This document shows positions 16,440 through 25,449 of a DNA stretch of 54,967 nucleotides, piece by piece. The notes beneath the pieces were generated by a model. The model made no database searches. It was not told the DNA's origin and was given only the letters and a program-made list of their open reading frames with translations. The stretch spans positions 1 to 54,967 of the forward strand of contig JAWOHY010000242.1 of assembly GCA_046484945.1 (NCBI GenBank), read 5' to 3'. The DNA comes from Bacteroidales bacterium. GTDB taxonomy: Bacteria > Bacteroidota > Bacteroidia > Bacteroidales > JAGOPY01. Within the stretch, counting starts at the first letter, position 1. Each line of letters starts with the position of its first letter. Position numbers and translations under genes: made by a program.

Positions 16440-18553
16440 AAGAAGAGCAGCCGGTTATCTTCAATGGCGGCTTTTTCCTGCAATACCGTGAAAATACTGT
16501 TCGTTGTGGTACGGCCGCGGAAAGCATTCATTATCTGATCGCGGTATACATTGTAATTTTCAGGCGCCGGGGGTTCATAGAACCTGTCGAGGGCGACAAC
16601 AAATACACCGCCATTGCCGATAATGGGTTCCGATATTTCGTCCGGTTGCATCGAAAAGATCTCCCCGATCACCTTAAATTCGCTTCCAAAACCGGGAATG
16701 TTCCTGGATGAGAAAGTGAGTGTCAGGTTTGTATCAACCTGGGTATTATATTCGGCTGCAATCCCGTAAATATCCTTTCCGCCACTTTTTATCCTGGAGG
16801 CGAGCAAATCCCCTTTCTTCTCATTCATGACAAATGTGGTGAGATTTTCTTTCATCTGTTCCAGCGGGATGGTTCCTTCTTCCCGGATAGTTGTCAGAAC
16901 GGCTACCACATAAGAGCCGCCCACATCAAATACAGGCGACACCTCCCCTGCCTTGATACCTTCGTAAAATGCCCACCGGATGATCTCCCGCGGGTATTCA
17001 ATACCGGGTATACTGTTCCCCATTTCCCTCAGATAGGTGGCCGTTCTCATATTCAGGCCCATGTCGGCAACGGCCTGGTTGAACTTTTCGAGAGAACGGT
17101 TTTCACCGGCGAAAATACTGGCCTGCGTATATACATCCTGGAAGGTCTTACTGCTGGGTTCCACCGCCCTGTTGATGACGGCTGCGCGGATTTTTCTCAC
17201 CGGGTCTTTCTTGCCGGTTATATGAATGACATGAATACCGAACATGGTTTCAGCCGTCACGATATCACCGATCTTACCTTTCACAACTGCTTCATTGAAA
17301 GGATATACCATGGCTCCGTCGGCAAACCAGCCCAGGTCGCCATTATTCTGTATTGCAGAAGGATCATCGGAGAACCGGGGGGCCAGCTCCTTCATTTTGC
17401 TTCTATTGGCCCTGATGAGGGTGACCAGGCTATCGGCCAGGCTCGACGCATCTTCCTTCGAGCGCGTAATCGATTCAGCGGCATTGAAAGCGCCCCGGTA
17501 TGAAACCAGGATGTGTTCCGCTTTCAAAGAATCAGGCCGGGTCTGTGACTCCAACAGGTATGCCATGTGCCAGGCATTGTCTTCTTCATAAGGAGGAATG
17601 AAATCCCCTACGGAAGAAGCGAACAACAATGAATCAAGGGTTACCGGCAACTGGCCTTTTTTGTACCAGGTACTGTCATAACGCCTATCGGAGGTGTAAT
17701 TGACAAATGTAATGATGTCTTCAGCCTCCTGAAATTCATTATAAATCCTGTAAATACTCTCACGGGTCTTCTCGCGGTCATCTTCCGAGGGCAATACGTC
17801 AAAGATGACATAATCAATGTCCCTGGAAGCGTCCTGCGTATAAGTATGCTCGTGCTTCTCGTAATATTCCTGATAGTCTTTATCGGTAATGGTTATCTCA
17901 TCATCCGGAATGGCCGTATATCTGACGGCCACATAACGGAACTCGGCGCTGTTTCTCTTGGCATCATGATCAACTTTGGCAAAAACTTCCGGAACATAAT
18001 AGCCCCGGGAGACAAGCGTTTCATATTTTTTATTAAGCCGGTCTTCCTTAATATATCTTTCCAGATTCAGCCATTGCTTTCTGACTTCCAGCGGCCTCTG
18101 GTCAAGGTCTTGCAAAAAACCCTGCACCATCATGGGACTGTACATCCCTGTGCCGGGATCCTGGAAATATTGCTGGATCAGGCTGTGAGGCCGGGGGCCC
18201 TGTACCAGGTCATACAATTCTTCAGTTGTCACGGTCAGCCCCAGCTTATCATATTCTTTGCCCAGTATGATTTCACTCATAAACTGGTTCCAGGTGTTTT
18301 GCCTGACGTCGAAAATTTCCTGGGCCGTAAGGTTTTCCCTTTCCAGGTTTATGCGTTGCACCTCCAGGTTATCTTCCACCCTGCGGTTATAATCGTTATA
18401 AGATATTTCTTCACCTGCAATCGATCCGACAGGCGGAATGCCTCTCCCCCCCTGGTCGCTGAACAGATCACTTAATATAAAAGCCGCGATAGCGATCCCT
18501 ATCAGGATAACAGCCAGGGCCGAATGCTTGCGGATAGTTCCAATTACTGCCAT
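16436..18553 (-). CDS. PpiD/SurA-like periplasmic chaperone (parvulin-type peptidyl-prolyl isomerase domain)
   Basis: 705 aa. N-terminal anchor MAVIGTIRKHSALAVILIGIAIAAFILSDLF is typical of PpiD-like proteins. Parvulin segment HILVSYRGA...GDLGWFADGAMVYPFNEAV. Confidence 0.88.
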   Translation of the reverse strand: MAVIGTIRKHSALAVILIGIAIAAFILSDLFSDQGGRGIPPVGSIAGEEISYNDYNRRVEDNLEVQRINLERENLTAQEIFDVRQNTWNQFMSEIILGKEYDKLGLTVTTEELYDLVQGPRPHSLIQQYFQDPGTGMYSPMMVQGFLQDLDQRPLEVRKQWLNLERYIKEDRLNKKYETLVSRGYYVPEVFAKVDHDAKRNSAEFRYVAVRYTAIPDDEITITDKDYQEYYEKHEHTYTQDASRDIDYVIFDVLPSEDDREKTRESIYRIYNEFQEAEDIITFVNYTSDRRYDSTWYKKGQLPVTLDSLLFASSVGDFIPPYEEDNAWHMAYLLESQTRPDSLKAEHILVSYRGAFNAAESITRSKEDASSLADSLVTLIRANRSKMKELAPRFSDDPSAIQNNGDLGWFADGAMVYPFNEAVVKGKIGDIVTAETMFGIHVIHITGKKDPVRKIRAAVINRAVEPSSKTFQDVYTQASIFAGENRSLEKFNQAVADMGLNMRTATYLREMGNSIPGIEYPREIIRWAFYEGIKAGEVSPVFDVGGSYVVAVLTTIREEGTIPLEQMKENLTTFVMNEKKGDLLASRIKSGGKDIYGIAAEYNTQVDTNLTLTFSSRNIPGFGSEFKVIGEIFSMQPDEISEPIIGNGGVFVVALDRFYEPPAPENYNVYRDQIMNAFRGRTTTNSIFTVLQEKAAIEDNRLLFF

Positions 18554-18578
18554 ATCAACATTTTGTTAAAAAGAGGTG

Positions 18579-18586
18579 CAAAAGTA
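18579..18586 (-). promoter_or_regulatory. Candidate -7 box (TACTTTTG) of the ppiD-like gene
   Basis: Exact TAnnTTTG on the minus strand, with 25 nt between the box and the ATG at 18553. Confidence 0.5.
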
Positions 18587-18594
18587 TGAAAATA

Positions 18595-18629
18595 GTTTCT
18601 TGTTTCTTGTTTTTTGTTTCGAGTTTCTT
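18595..18629. repeat. Degenerate heptanucleotide array (GTTTCTT family) x5
   Basis: gtttctt gtttctt gtttttt gtttcga gtttctt. On the minus strand it lies directly upstream of the -7 box. Confidence 0.85.
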
Positions 18630-18639
18630 GATTTTTCAC

Positions 18640-19911
18640 CTAGCTTTCTTGCTCAATGTTTAAGCGTACCAGTTCGACGCGCGTCTCGCTGGCCTGAAGA
18701 ATGTGAAACATGAAATGTTTTATTGCGATGGTTTCTCCTTTTGCAGGTATGCTTTCGTGATAATGGATGATCAGCCCTGCAAGGGTTTCATATTCTTCGG
18801 CCTCGGGAAGGTCCAGTTTGTAATTGTTGTTCAGATAGTCGATCTCCAGCCTGGCGGAAAAGATGTATTCCCCGGGCCGGATCACCTGTTCCACCTTTAT
18901 ATCCTCATCGAATTCATCTTCAATTTCACCAAATATTTCCTCCATGATATCTTCTATGGTCACCAACCCGCTGGTGCCGCCGAATTCATCCACCACCACG
19001 GCAATGCTCTTCCTTTCCCGGATGAATTGTGTCAGGGCTACCTTGGCCGGCATAGTTTCCGGGATGAAAAGAATAGGTTTGATAACCTCTTTTATATTCT
19101 CCGGATTCCGGAACATATCAAATGCATGCACGTAACCGATGATCTGATCGATCGTTTCGGTGTAAACGGGAATGCGCGAGAAACCGTTCTCTATAAAGGC
19201 CATTTTAAGATCTTCAACAGGGTCATCTTCCTCAACGGCAATGATCTCGTTGCGGGGAAGCATGGTTTCACGCAATTTAACTTTTCTGAAACCGATCACA
19301 TTTTGAAACATCTGTATTTCCTGTTTAACATCTTCCAGGCTTTCTTCCTGATTTGATAATTCATGGATGTACTGGTCGAGGTCTATGGCGGTGAAAACAG
19401 GCTCCTGCCGCGTAAATCCAATGTTAAAAAACTGTTTGAGGATCATTTGTGAAGCGCCTGTGAAAAGCAGTACAAATGGATATAGCAGGTAATAAATCAC
19501 CCAAAGGGGGATGGCGAAGATGTTGATAACGGCATTGGGATTAATGCGGAACAGGGTTTTGGGAAGAAATTCCGCGAAGACAAGTATGATGAGGGTGGCG
19601 ATAAGCGTTTGCAGCAAAAGGACAACGAATCCTGTTTGTATATTTAGTGGCAGGACAGACCACAAGCGGGGTTCCAGCAAGTTGGCAAAGGCAATTCCAT
19701 AGATGACCAGGGCGATGTTGTTCCCCAGCAATATTGTTCCGATGAAACGTGACGGATCCCTGAAAAAACCCGAAAGGATCCGGGCGGTAAGCAACCCTTT
19801 GCTTTTGTCCAGTTCCACTTTCAGTTTGTTGGAAGTGACATAAGCTATCTCCATCCCTGAAAAAAAGGCGGACAGGGCGAGCATGAACAGAATGACAAGA
19901 ATTTCATTCAT
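18640..19911 (-). CDS. CNNM/CorC-HlyC family membrane protein (DUF21 + CBS pair + CorC_HlyC; GldE-like 'hemolysin')
   Basis: 423 aa. The N-terminal four-TM DUF21-like region is followed by a CBS-pair region (MLPRNEIIAVE..., GFSRIPVY) and a C-terminal transporter-associated domain. Its ATG overlaps the lptC TAA by 1 nt. Confidence 0.88.
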   Translation of the reverse strand: MNEILVILFMLALSAFFSGMEIAYVTSNKLKVELDKSKGLLTARILSGFFRDPSRFIGTILLGNNIALVIYGIAFANLLEPRLWSVLPLNIQTGFVVLLLQTLIATLIILVFAEFLPKTLFRINPNAVINIFAIPLWVIYYLLYPFVLLFTGASQMILKQFFNIGFTRQEPVFTAIDLDQYIHELSNQEESLEDVKQEIQMFQNVIGFRKVKLRETMLPRNEIIAVEEDDPVEDLKMAFIENGFSRIPVYTETIDQIIGYVHAFDMFRNPENIKEVIKPILFIPETMPAKVALTQFIRERKSIAVVVDEFGGTSGLVTIEDIMEEIFGEIEDEFDEDIKVEQVIRPGEYIFSARLEIDYLNNNYKLDLPEAEEYETLAGLIIHYHESIPAKGETIAIKHFMFHILQASETRVELVRLNIEQES

Positions 19912-20450
19912 TAGTCTGGCTCCTCTTTGATCTCAATGAGACCTTTGGGATTTCGGATTTCGATCTCGTTAAATGGCTGTTGGGAATATAGTCCGTCACC
20001 GGTAATCACCTGCTCGTCTGTAGTGATCTTGACAAATTTATCGGAGTATATGATCTCTTTGCCCCGATCCCAGAACAGTTCTTCAGTATTCAGCCGTTCA
20101 TCTTTTTCGAGATTATCGACCACCACATTATACCGGGCTTCCATGATCTTTGTTTTTTCATGGGAGATGCCATAATCGGCCGTGATGGTAGACTGCAGGT
20201 TCAACAGCGAATCGTAGAAGAAAACGGTAAATCCTTCCGGGAAGATCAAAACCGGCCCTTCAATGTCATGGTTGATCAGGAGCGGACTCTCCAGTTTCAT
20301 TTGAATTTTTGCGTTTTCGCTGTAAATGATCTCTACATCTTTCACCGTTAAACCTGGCAGCGTATCGGTATAATCGAGCTTACGGATGGTTTCCATATCA
20401 TTTTTACAGGAGGTTAACATGGCTATGGCCATCAACAGGATGATGCTCAT
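19911..20450 (-). CDS. lptC: LPS export system protein LptC-like lipoprotein
   Basis: Start set to ATG 20450 (MSIILLMAIAMLTSC lipobox); the listed 20558 start overlaps the upstream gene by 45 nt. The LptC-like beta-jellyroll sequence pattern is ...ITADYGISHEKTKIMEARYNVVVDN...EELFWDRGKEIIYSDKFVKITT. Confidence 0.78.
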   Translation of the reverse strand: MSIILLMAIAMLTSCKNDMETIRKLDYTDTLPGLTVKDVEIIYSENAKIQMKLESPLLINHDIEGPVLIFPEGFTVFFYDSLLNLQSTITADYGISHEKTKIMEARYNVVVDNLEKDERLNTEELFWDRGKEIIYSDKFVKITTDEQVITGDGLYSQQPFNEIEIRNPKGLIEIKEEPD

Positions 20451-20512
20451 GCCCAAAAATATCCGAAAGGCAAATTCTACCGATAACGGTATGATTTTCA
20501 AGGGTGATATGG

Positions 20513-21892
20513 TTATTGTTTGGCGGCCCTGACCCGTGTTTCCTCGTTGATCCAGCATTGTACGGTATAGCTGTCCCCTTCCCGAAGGGTATAGAAGAAG
20601 ATGGTTTCCATCGACGGGAAGTAAACGGAATAGGCAGCGATCCTTTTGTTGGCTATTTCAGCGATATCAGGGTCGACCTGCCTGGCCCGGATATATTTAT
20701 CCACAGCCGCCCAGTAAGCGGTGCGGGAAGTCAGATCATTGTCGCCACAATCCGCTGCCGTTTCGGCATACATATCTCCGATCAGCAGGTAGGGTTCTCC
20801 GTCGGCAGGATCCAGTGCGGCGGCTTTCAGGGCAAATGACCTGGCCGCCGGATAGTTTCTTAAGATCCGGTATGCCTCGGCTATGATTTTATAGCTTTGC
20901 TGCACGGCCGCCTGCTCTTCCATTCTTTCAGCATCTTTCAAATATTCGATCGCTTCGGCATATTTCCCCTCACTGAACAACATTTTTCCGATCAGATAAG
21001 CCGATTCAGGAGAGGGTTCCAATTCGTAAAGCTTTTTGGTAGTTTCGAAATATAATGGATCTGTCTGACATTTCTTTGCATCCAGCAACCCGGTGATCTT
21101 TTTCAGCAGTTCCAGGTCGTCGGGAGTTTCCCTGAATTTTTTTCCGTAAATGGCCACCAGGTCGGTGCAGGTGGCAAAGGGCTCCAATAATAGCTCCAGG
21201 TTATTCTGGACGATCTCCCAGTTGCCTCTCTCGGCAGGTTTGTCCTGCAGTTTTTTTATGTTATGGTCAATGATGGCGGACGAAATTTCATAGGCATCGA
21301 AAATAACCGTTGAGTCGGCTTTTCCTTCCCGGGCCATATTGATAGCCGACCGCATGTAATAGACGAGGATGGGAGGAGCCGATTTGTTTCCCTCGAGTTC
21401 GACGGAACGTTTCAGATCGTTGTATATCTGTTCTGTATCTTCAGGGCGATACGTGAATAAATCAACCCCCTTCCTGCCAAGCACAAAGCCTTCTCTTCCG
21501 AAGTATTCGATCCGTTGATCGTAAACCATCATCAGGGTATCGATATATTTATCACGCAATGCTTCGCTATCGGCCTGTTCGATCAGATAGGCCACAATCC
21601 GGGCACCTTCGATATATGTATTCTGCGTTCCTTTCGGGCAGTTCAGAAAAACCCAGCGCCAGGGACCGATCAGGTCCTTGACCGTTTCATTCTCATAATT
21701 ACTGGCCTTCCATTGCTTGAAGAACTCACGGTAAAGTGAGATGTTCATAATGCAGGTCAGGCTGTCGGAACCATACCGGCCGCTTCCCACATTATTATTC
21801 GACTCATCTTCCTGGGCGTTGACTTCAAAAGAAGGGACGGTAAGTGTCAGGATACTCAGAAGGATTACAATAATTGAGGCTTTCATATTCAT
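20513..21892 (-). CDS. Secreted TPR-repeat protein
   Basis: Signal peptide MNMKASIIVILLSILTLTVPSFEVNAQ. C-terminal TPR-like helices (YAEAIEYLKDA..., YPAARSFALKAAALDP). Confidence 0.75.
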   Translation of the reverse strand: MNMKASIIVILLSILTLTVPSFEVNAQEDESNNNVGSGRYGSDSLTCIMNISLYREFFKQWKASNYENETVKDLIGPWRWVFLNCPKGTQNTYIEGARIVAYLIEQADSEALRDKYIDTLMMVYDQRIEYFGREGFVLGRKGVDLFTYRPEDTEQIYNDLKRSVELEGNKSAPPILVYYMRSAINMAREGKADSTVIFDAYEISSAIIDHNIKKLQDKPAERGNWEIVQNNLELLLEPFATCTDLVAIYGKKFRETPDDLELLKKITGLLDAKKCQTDPLYFETTKKLYELEPSPESAYLIGKMLFSEGKYAEAIEYLKDAERMEEQAAVQQSYKIIAEAYRILRNYPAARSFALKAAALDPADGEPYLLIGDMYAETAADCGDNDLTSRTAYWAAVDKYIRARQVDPDIAEIANKRIAAYSVYFPSMETIFFYTLREGDSYTVQCWINEETRVRAAKQ

Positions 21893-21898
21893 ACTGCT

Positions 21899-23191
21899 TT
21901 AGTAGTATTTACTCTTTATGAACCAGTTTTCAAGCGCATTGACTCCGACGGTAAATCTAAAAAAATTTTCCTGAATCAGACCATTCTGGGTGGTACCTCT
22001 TTTTCCGATGATTGCCGAAAGATTCACGGTTGATCTGGATCTTTTTATCGGTAAACCTACTCCAAAACTTATGCCAACTTCGTCAATATGCTGATTTTTA
22101 AGGTTTATAGGGGTTTTTCCATAATAAAAGCCAATTCTGTAACTGGCCCTGTTATAATACACATTGCTTCGTGCATCGGGAATATATTCACCGCCAATGT
22201 TAATGGACCACCGGTTCAGAAGCGAGTCCGAACGTCCGTCATAGGTGAATCTCTCCCAGTTCTGCCAGAGAAAATCGGCACCGGCTGTCCAGTGCCGGGC
22301 CTTGCCGACGGAAGTTCCAATTCCCATCCTCAAAGGAAGCGTGAAGCTTCCTTTTTCATCAGCGCGAAAGTCAATAGTGTCATAGTTTAGCTGGGCTGCT
22401 GTAATATTGCCATAATAGGTTGTGACCAGGGAAAATATCTTGGAATTGATATTGGTTTCGGGTCCGAACATGGCTCCTGCCACCAGGAAATGATCTTTTG
22501 GAAGGGCTGTTTTATACTGGATCCCTATTTCACCATAAATATCCCTGGGCCTCACGCTACCCAGGATAAACGTGTTCATCATTTCGGTTGAATCGGGAAA
22601 AGAGATACCCCTGCTGCGATCCACCGAGCCAAACATATATTTCAGGTTAAATCCCACCGATAATTTTTTACCGATCGGGAAGGCATTTCCCCAGTAGATC
22701 TGATTGAGGCCTCCGGAGCCCAGGTAAACATTCGTAACTTTAGTAATTCCCTCCAGTTCCTCGGTATGGAAGATATCATAGCCGACATAACTGAATGGGA
22801 GAAGGCCCAGGCTGGTTTTCCACCACTTTGTAACGGAGAATCCGAAGGTGAGGTTGCTCAGGGATATATAACTGCCCTGGTTGTTGAAGTTATCTGTTCG
22901 CAGATTAACCAAACTGCCGAAGATACCAGCATCGAAGATAAAGGTGAGGCTGTCGAAAGCGACATAAGAAGCCGGATTGGCAGGGTTGATGAGGTCGCTG
23001 CGCTGCAGTCCGAAGTGCAGCCCGCCCATGGCGGTAGTTCTGGGATCCAGGCCGTTTTCCACGAGCGTGCCGAGACCGTAACGGGTATATGGCGAGTTGA
23101 TCTTGATCTGCCCCTGTACCGTCATCATAAAACCATACAGCGATAGTATGGTTGCCAGAATGTATATTTTCCGTTTAGCCTGGTTGGTCAT
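21899..23191 (-). CDS. Outer-membrane beta-barrel protein (FadL/PorV-like, uncharacterised)
   Basis: Signal peptide, then SPYTRYGLG. Alternating amphipathic strands with aromatic ends and a terminal ...FIKSKYY. Overlaps the coaX 3' end by 17 nt. Confidence 0.7.
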   Translation of the reverse strand: MTNQAKRKIYILATILSLYGFMMTVQGQIKINSPYTRYGLGTLVENGLDPRTTAMGGLHFGLQRSDLINPANPASYVAFDSLTFIFDAGIFGSLVNLRTDNFNNQGSYISLSNLTFGFSVTKWWKTSLGLLPFSYVGYDIFHTEELEGITKVTNVYLGSGGLNQIYWGNAFPIGKKLSVGFNLKYMFGSVDRSRGISFPDSTEMMNTFILGSVRPRDIYGEIGIQYKTALPKDHFLVAGAMFGPETNINSKIFSLVTTYYGNITAAQLNYDTIDFRADEKGSFTLPLRMGIGTSVGKARHWTAGADFLWQNWERFTYDGRSDSLLNRWSINIGGEYIPDARSNVYYNRASYRIGFYYGKTPINLKNQHIDEVGISFGVGLPIKRSRSTVNLSAIIGKRGTTQNGLIQENFFRFTVGVNALENWFIKSKYY

Positions 23192-23906
23192 TATAATCCA
23201 ATATTTCGTTCAATCCGGTCAGCACGAGATTTGGGACTGCAAAGATGTTAATTTTTAGATTATTATGCAAGAGTTCATGATCTCCGCCTGTAATTAATAT
23301 GGCAAGATCGTTGTAACGCTGCTGGTACAGGGCTATCACGCCCCTGATCTCTTCGGTAACACCATTGATAACGCCCGACAGGATCGATTCGCGGGTAGTG
23401 CGCCCGACCAGTCCGTGAAAGTCTGCCGGTTCTACTAACGGTAATTTACCGGTGAAAGTATGCAAGGCTTCAAAACGCATACGGATACCGGGGGATATGG
23501 ACCCTCCGAGGTATTCATCGTTGGCAGTGACCAGGTCGAAGGTAATACACGAGCCGGCATCAATACTGAGGACATTCCGGCCGGGGAAGAGCGACCGGGC
23601 GCCTGCAGCGGCTGCCAGCCGGTCGTTGCCCAGGGTTTCAGGCGTCTGATACATGTTTTTCAGCGGCACGGGTGTCTTTGCGGTAAAAACCATCAGATGG
23701 GCTGAATCCTGCAAAATGCACTCCAGGCTGGCCGCATGATTGATCACGGACGACAGAATGGCGGAATGGAAGGGGCCATGACGTGAGATGAATGCTGCAA
23801 GCTTGTCATCGTCCAGATCATTGAAGGTTTCCTTCAGCAATATTTTTTTATTGCTGAAAACGGCCAGTTTTTGCAGTGTATTACCAATATCGAGGATGAG
23901 GTTCAA
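23175..23906 (-). CDS. coaX: Type III pantothenate kinase
   Basis: (M)NLILDIGNT N-terminus, GNDRLAAAAGA, SIDAGSCITFD and LITGGD. TTG start at 23906. Confidence 0.9.
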   Translation of the reverse strand: MNLILDIGNTLQKLAVFSNKKILLKETFNDLDDDKLAAFISRHGPFHSAILSSVINHAASLECILQDSAHLMVFTAKTPVPLKNMYQTPETLGNDRLAAAAGARSLFPGRNVLSIDAGSCITFDLVTANDEYLGGSISPGIRMRFEALHTFTGKLPLVEPADFHGLVGRTTRESILSGVINGVTEEIRGVIALYQQRYNDLAILITGGDHELLHNNLKINIFAVPNLVLTGLNEILDYNDQPG

Positions 23907-23931
23907 CAGGGCGGGTATTTGTTAAGGATTG

Positions 23932-23939
23932 CAAAATTA
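23932..23939 (-). promoter_or_regulatory. Candidate -7 box (TAATTTTG) of the coaX operon
   Basis: Exact TAnnTTTG on the minus strand, with 25 nt between the box and the TTG start at 23906. Confidence 0.5.
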
Positions 23940-23946
23940 GGAAATA

Positions 23947-23967
23947 GTTTCGTGTTTCTTGTTTACA
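23947..23967. repeat. Heptanucleotide array (GTTTCTT family) x3
   Basis: gtttcgt gtttctt gtttaca. On the minus strand it lies directly upstream of the coaX -7 box. Confidence 0.75.
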
Positions 23968-23994
23968 ATTGGTTGCATCCAGGTAAAATTTATT

Positions 23995-24002
23995 TATATT
24001 TG
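23995..24002 (+). promoter_or_regulatory. Candidate -7 box (TATATTTG) of tRNA-Phe
   Basis: Exact TAnnTTTG match ending 14 nt before tRNA position 1. A GTTG at 23972-23975 sits 19 nt upstream as a possible -33 element. Confidence 0.55.
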
Positions 24003-24016
24003 CATCCCTTTTCGGC

Positions 24017-24089
<73 letters not shown>

Positions 24090-24104
24090 CAGTTAACATC
24101 ACGA

Positions 24105-24145
24105 AACCCTTGCAGGATTTGATTTTGCAAGGGTTTTAATTTTCC
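24105..24145 (+). terminator. Rho-independent terminator after tRNA-Phe
   Basis: 10-bp perfect stem AACCCTTGCA/TGCAAGGGTT with an 11-nt loop, followed by TTAATTTT. Confidence 0.7.
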
Positions 24146-24262
24146 AGGTGACGGATGGGCTCCGGTATATGCCATCGGCATCATCAGATTGTCAGAGATG
24201 AAAGGGTGGATGATTGAAATATGGCTATGTTCGGGTAAGCTTACAATGGAAGAAATATTATT

Positions 24263-25156
24263 TCATTTATGAGCAAGACAAATCAAGCAATTGCATTTGG
24301 AATCCGAAAAATGCCTGACACCAACAACTTTTCCATTCTTGGAATCTGCCCTTGGAAATACTAAGTTGATTAGACTATCATCATTTTTCTCCAAGTATTT
24401 CCTCAGAGAATAACTACAAACATCCGCAAGTTGAACCATCGATGTTAATTGAGAATCGACAAATAAAGGAGTTTCTATAATGTTCTTTATAGACGTAAAT
24501 AAGGTACCTTTTTGGTGAAAAGATTTCATGAGATCTGTATGTCTCTTACTGACAGTCGGATTGTTGTCATGGATTAATAAACCATACTGCTGCTTTTTAC
24601 ATGACCTTGTATAGATTTTTAAATACTGTTCGAATCGGGATACAATTTGTTCAAAGGCTTGTTCATCTATTGTTAATCTACTTATTGAAGGGTTAAAATG
24701 GATCTTATCTATGCATTCGGCAAAAAGCCTGCAGTATTTCCAAGATCCCAGGAGGGCTGCAATTTCTTTAACAAAGTCAACTCTTTCTTGATATGTAAGA
24801 TGAATGTAACTATCTGTTAACCTATAGTTCTTTTTTGTTTGATGATAATTTTTTTTGTCCTTTGGATTGTTCAATCTCAGTAATTCCCGATGACGATATT
24901 TAAGAGCCTCTGTGCGTCTGTCAAAAACACTAAGCTGCCCAAAGTCTGGAATAGCCCTCTGTTCCTTATAGGGGCGTATTAGCCATCCGGTGTGGATTTC
25001 AGCATTTTGTAAATGATATTTCGTTTTAATCTGAGAAACTTCGCTTTCACACTTCCTCCATTTATCTATTGGGATTGAAATACCGGCCAATACATAGTGC
25101 GATGTGTTGCCAGGTATATCCGGAGTACCGGATTCATCAATGTAGCAAAGGATCAT
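24263..25156 (-). CDS. DUF3800-family protein
   Basis: N-terminus MILCYIDESGTPD fits the DUF3800 [Y/F]IDESG signature, and the ~300 aa length is typical. The gene and its flanks are visibly AT-rich compared with neighbours. Confidence 0.7.
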   Translation of the reverse strand: MILCYIDESGTPDIPGNTSHYVLAGISIPIDKWRKCESEVSQIKTKYHLQNAEIHTGWLIRPYKEQRAIPDFGQLSVFDRRTEALKYRHRELLRLNNPKDKKNYHQTKKNYRLTDSYIHLTYQERVDFVKEIAALLGSWKYCRLFAECIDKIHFNPSISRLTIDEQAFEQIVSRFEQYLKIYTRSCKKQQYGLLIHDNNPTVSKRHTDLMKSFHQKGTLFTSIKNIIETPLFVDSQLTSMVQLADVCSYSLRKYLEKNDDSLINLVFPRADSKNGKVVGVRHFSDSKCNCLICLAHK

Positions 25157-25449
25157 ATGGATTGGCTATAAATAAAAAAAGCGACTGGATTAAGGGAAGT
25201 ATCCCTCTTTTGAGACGCTTAGCGACTCCAACCAGACGCATTGCAAAGATAAAACAAATTATTCTTTTGTCAAGCAAAATCATCAAATTTCATTACAATA
25301 TGATAAAGAATTTTCATTTTACTCCCCCAGACCCCCTCATTTCAACAAATACAATTATATTTGAATAAATTATTGTCCAGTCAGACTAGACCATCTCAGA
25401 AGTATTTCAAGAACATTGGGTGTAAATTACCCGAAGAGTTATTCTCGGA

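Noticed and set aside
24155-24217. 20-aa Cys/His-containing mini-ORF (MGSGICHRHHQIVRDERVDD) between the tRNA terminator and the DUF3800 gene
   Set aside because: It has no promoter box or conservation evidence, and an ORF of this length is expected by chance.
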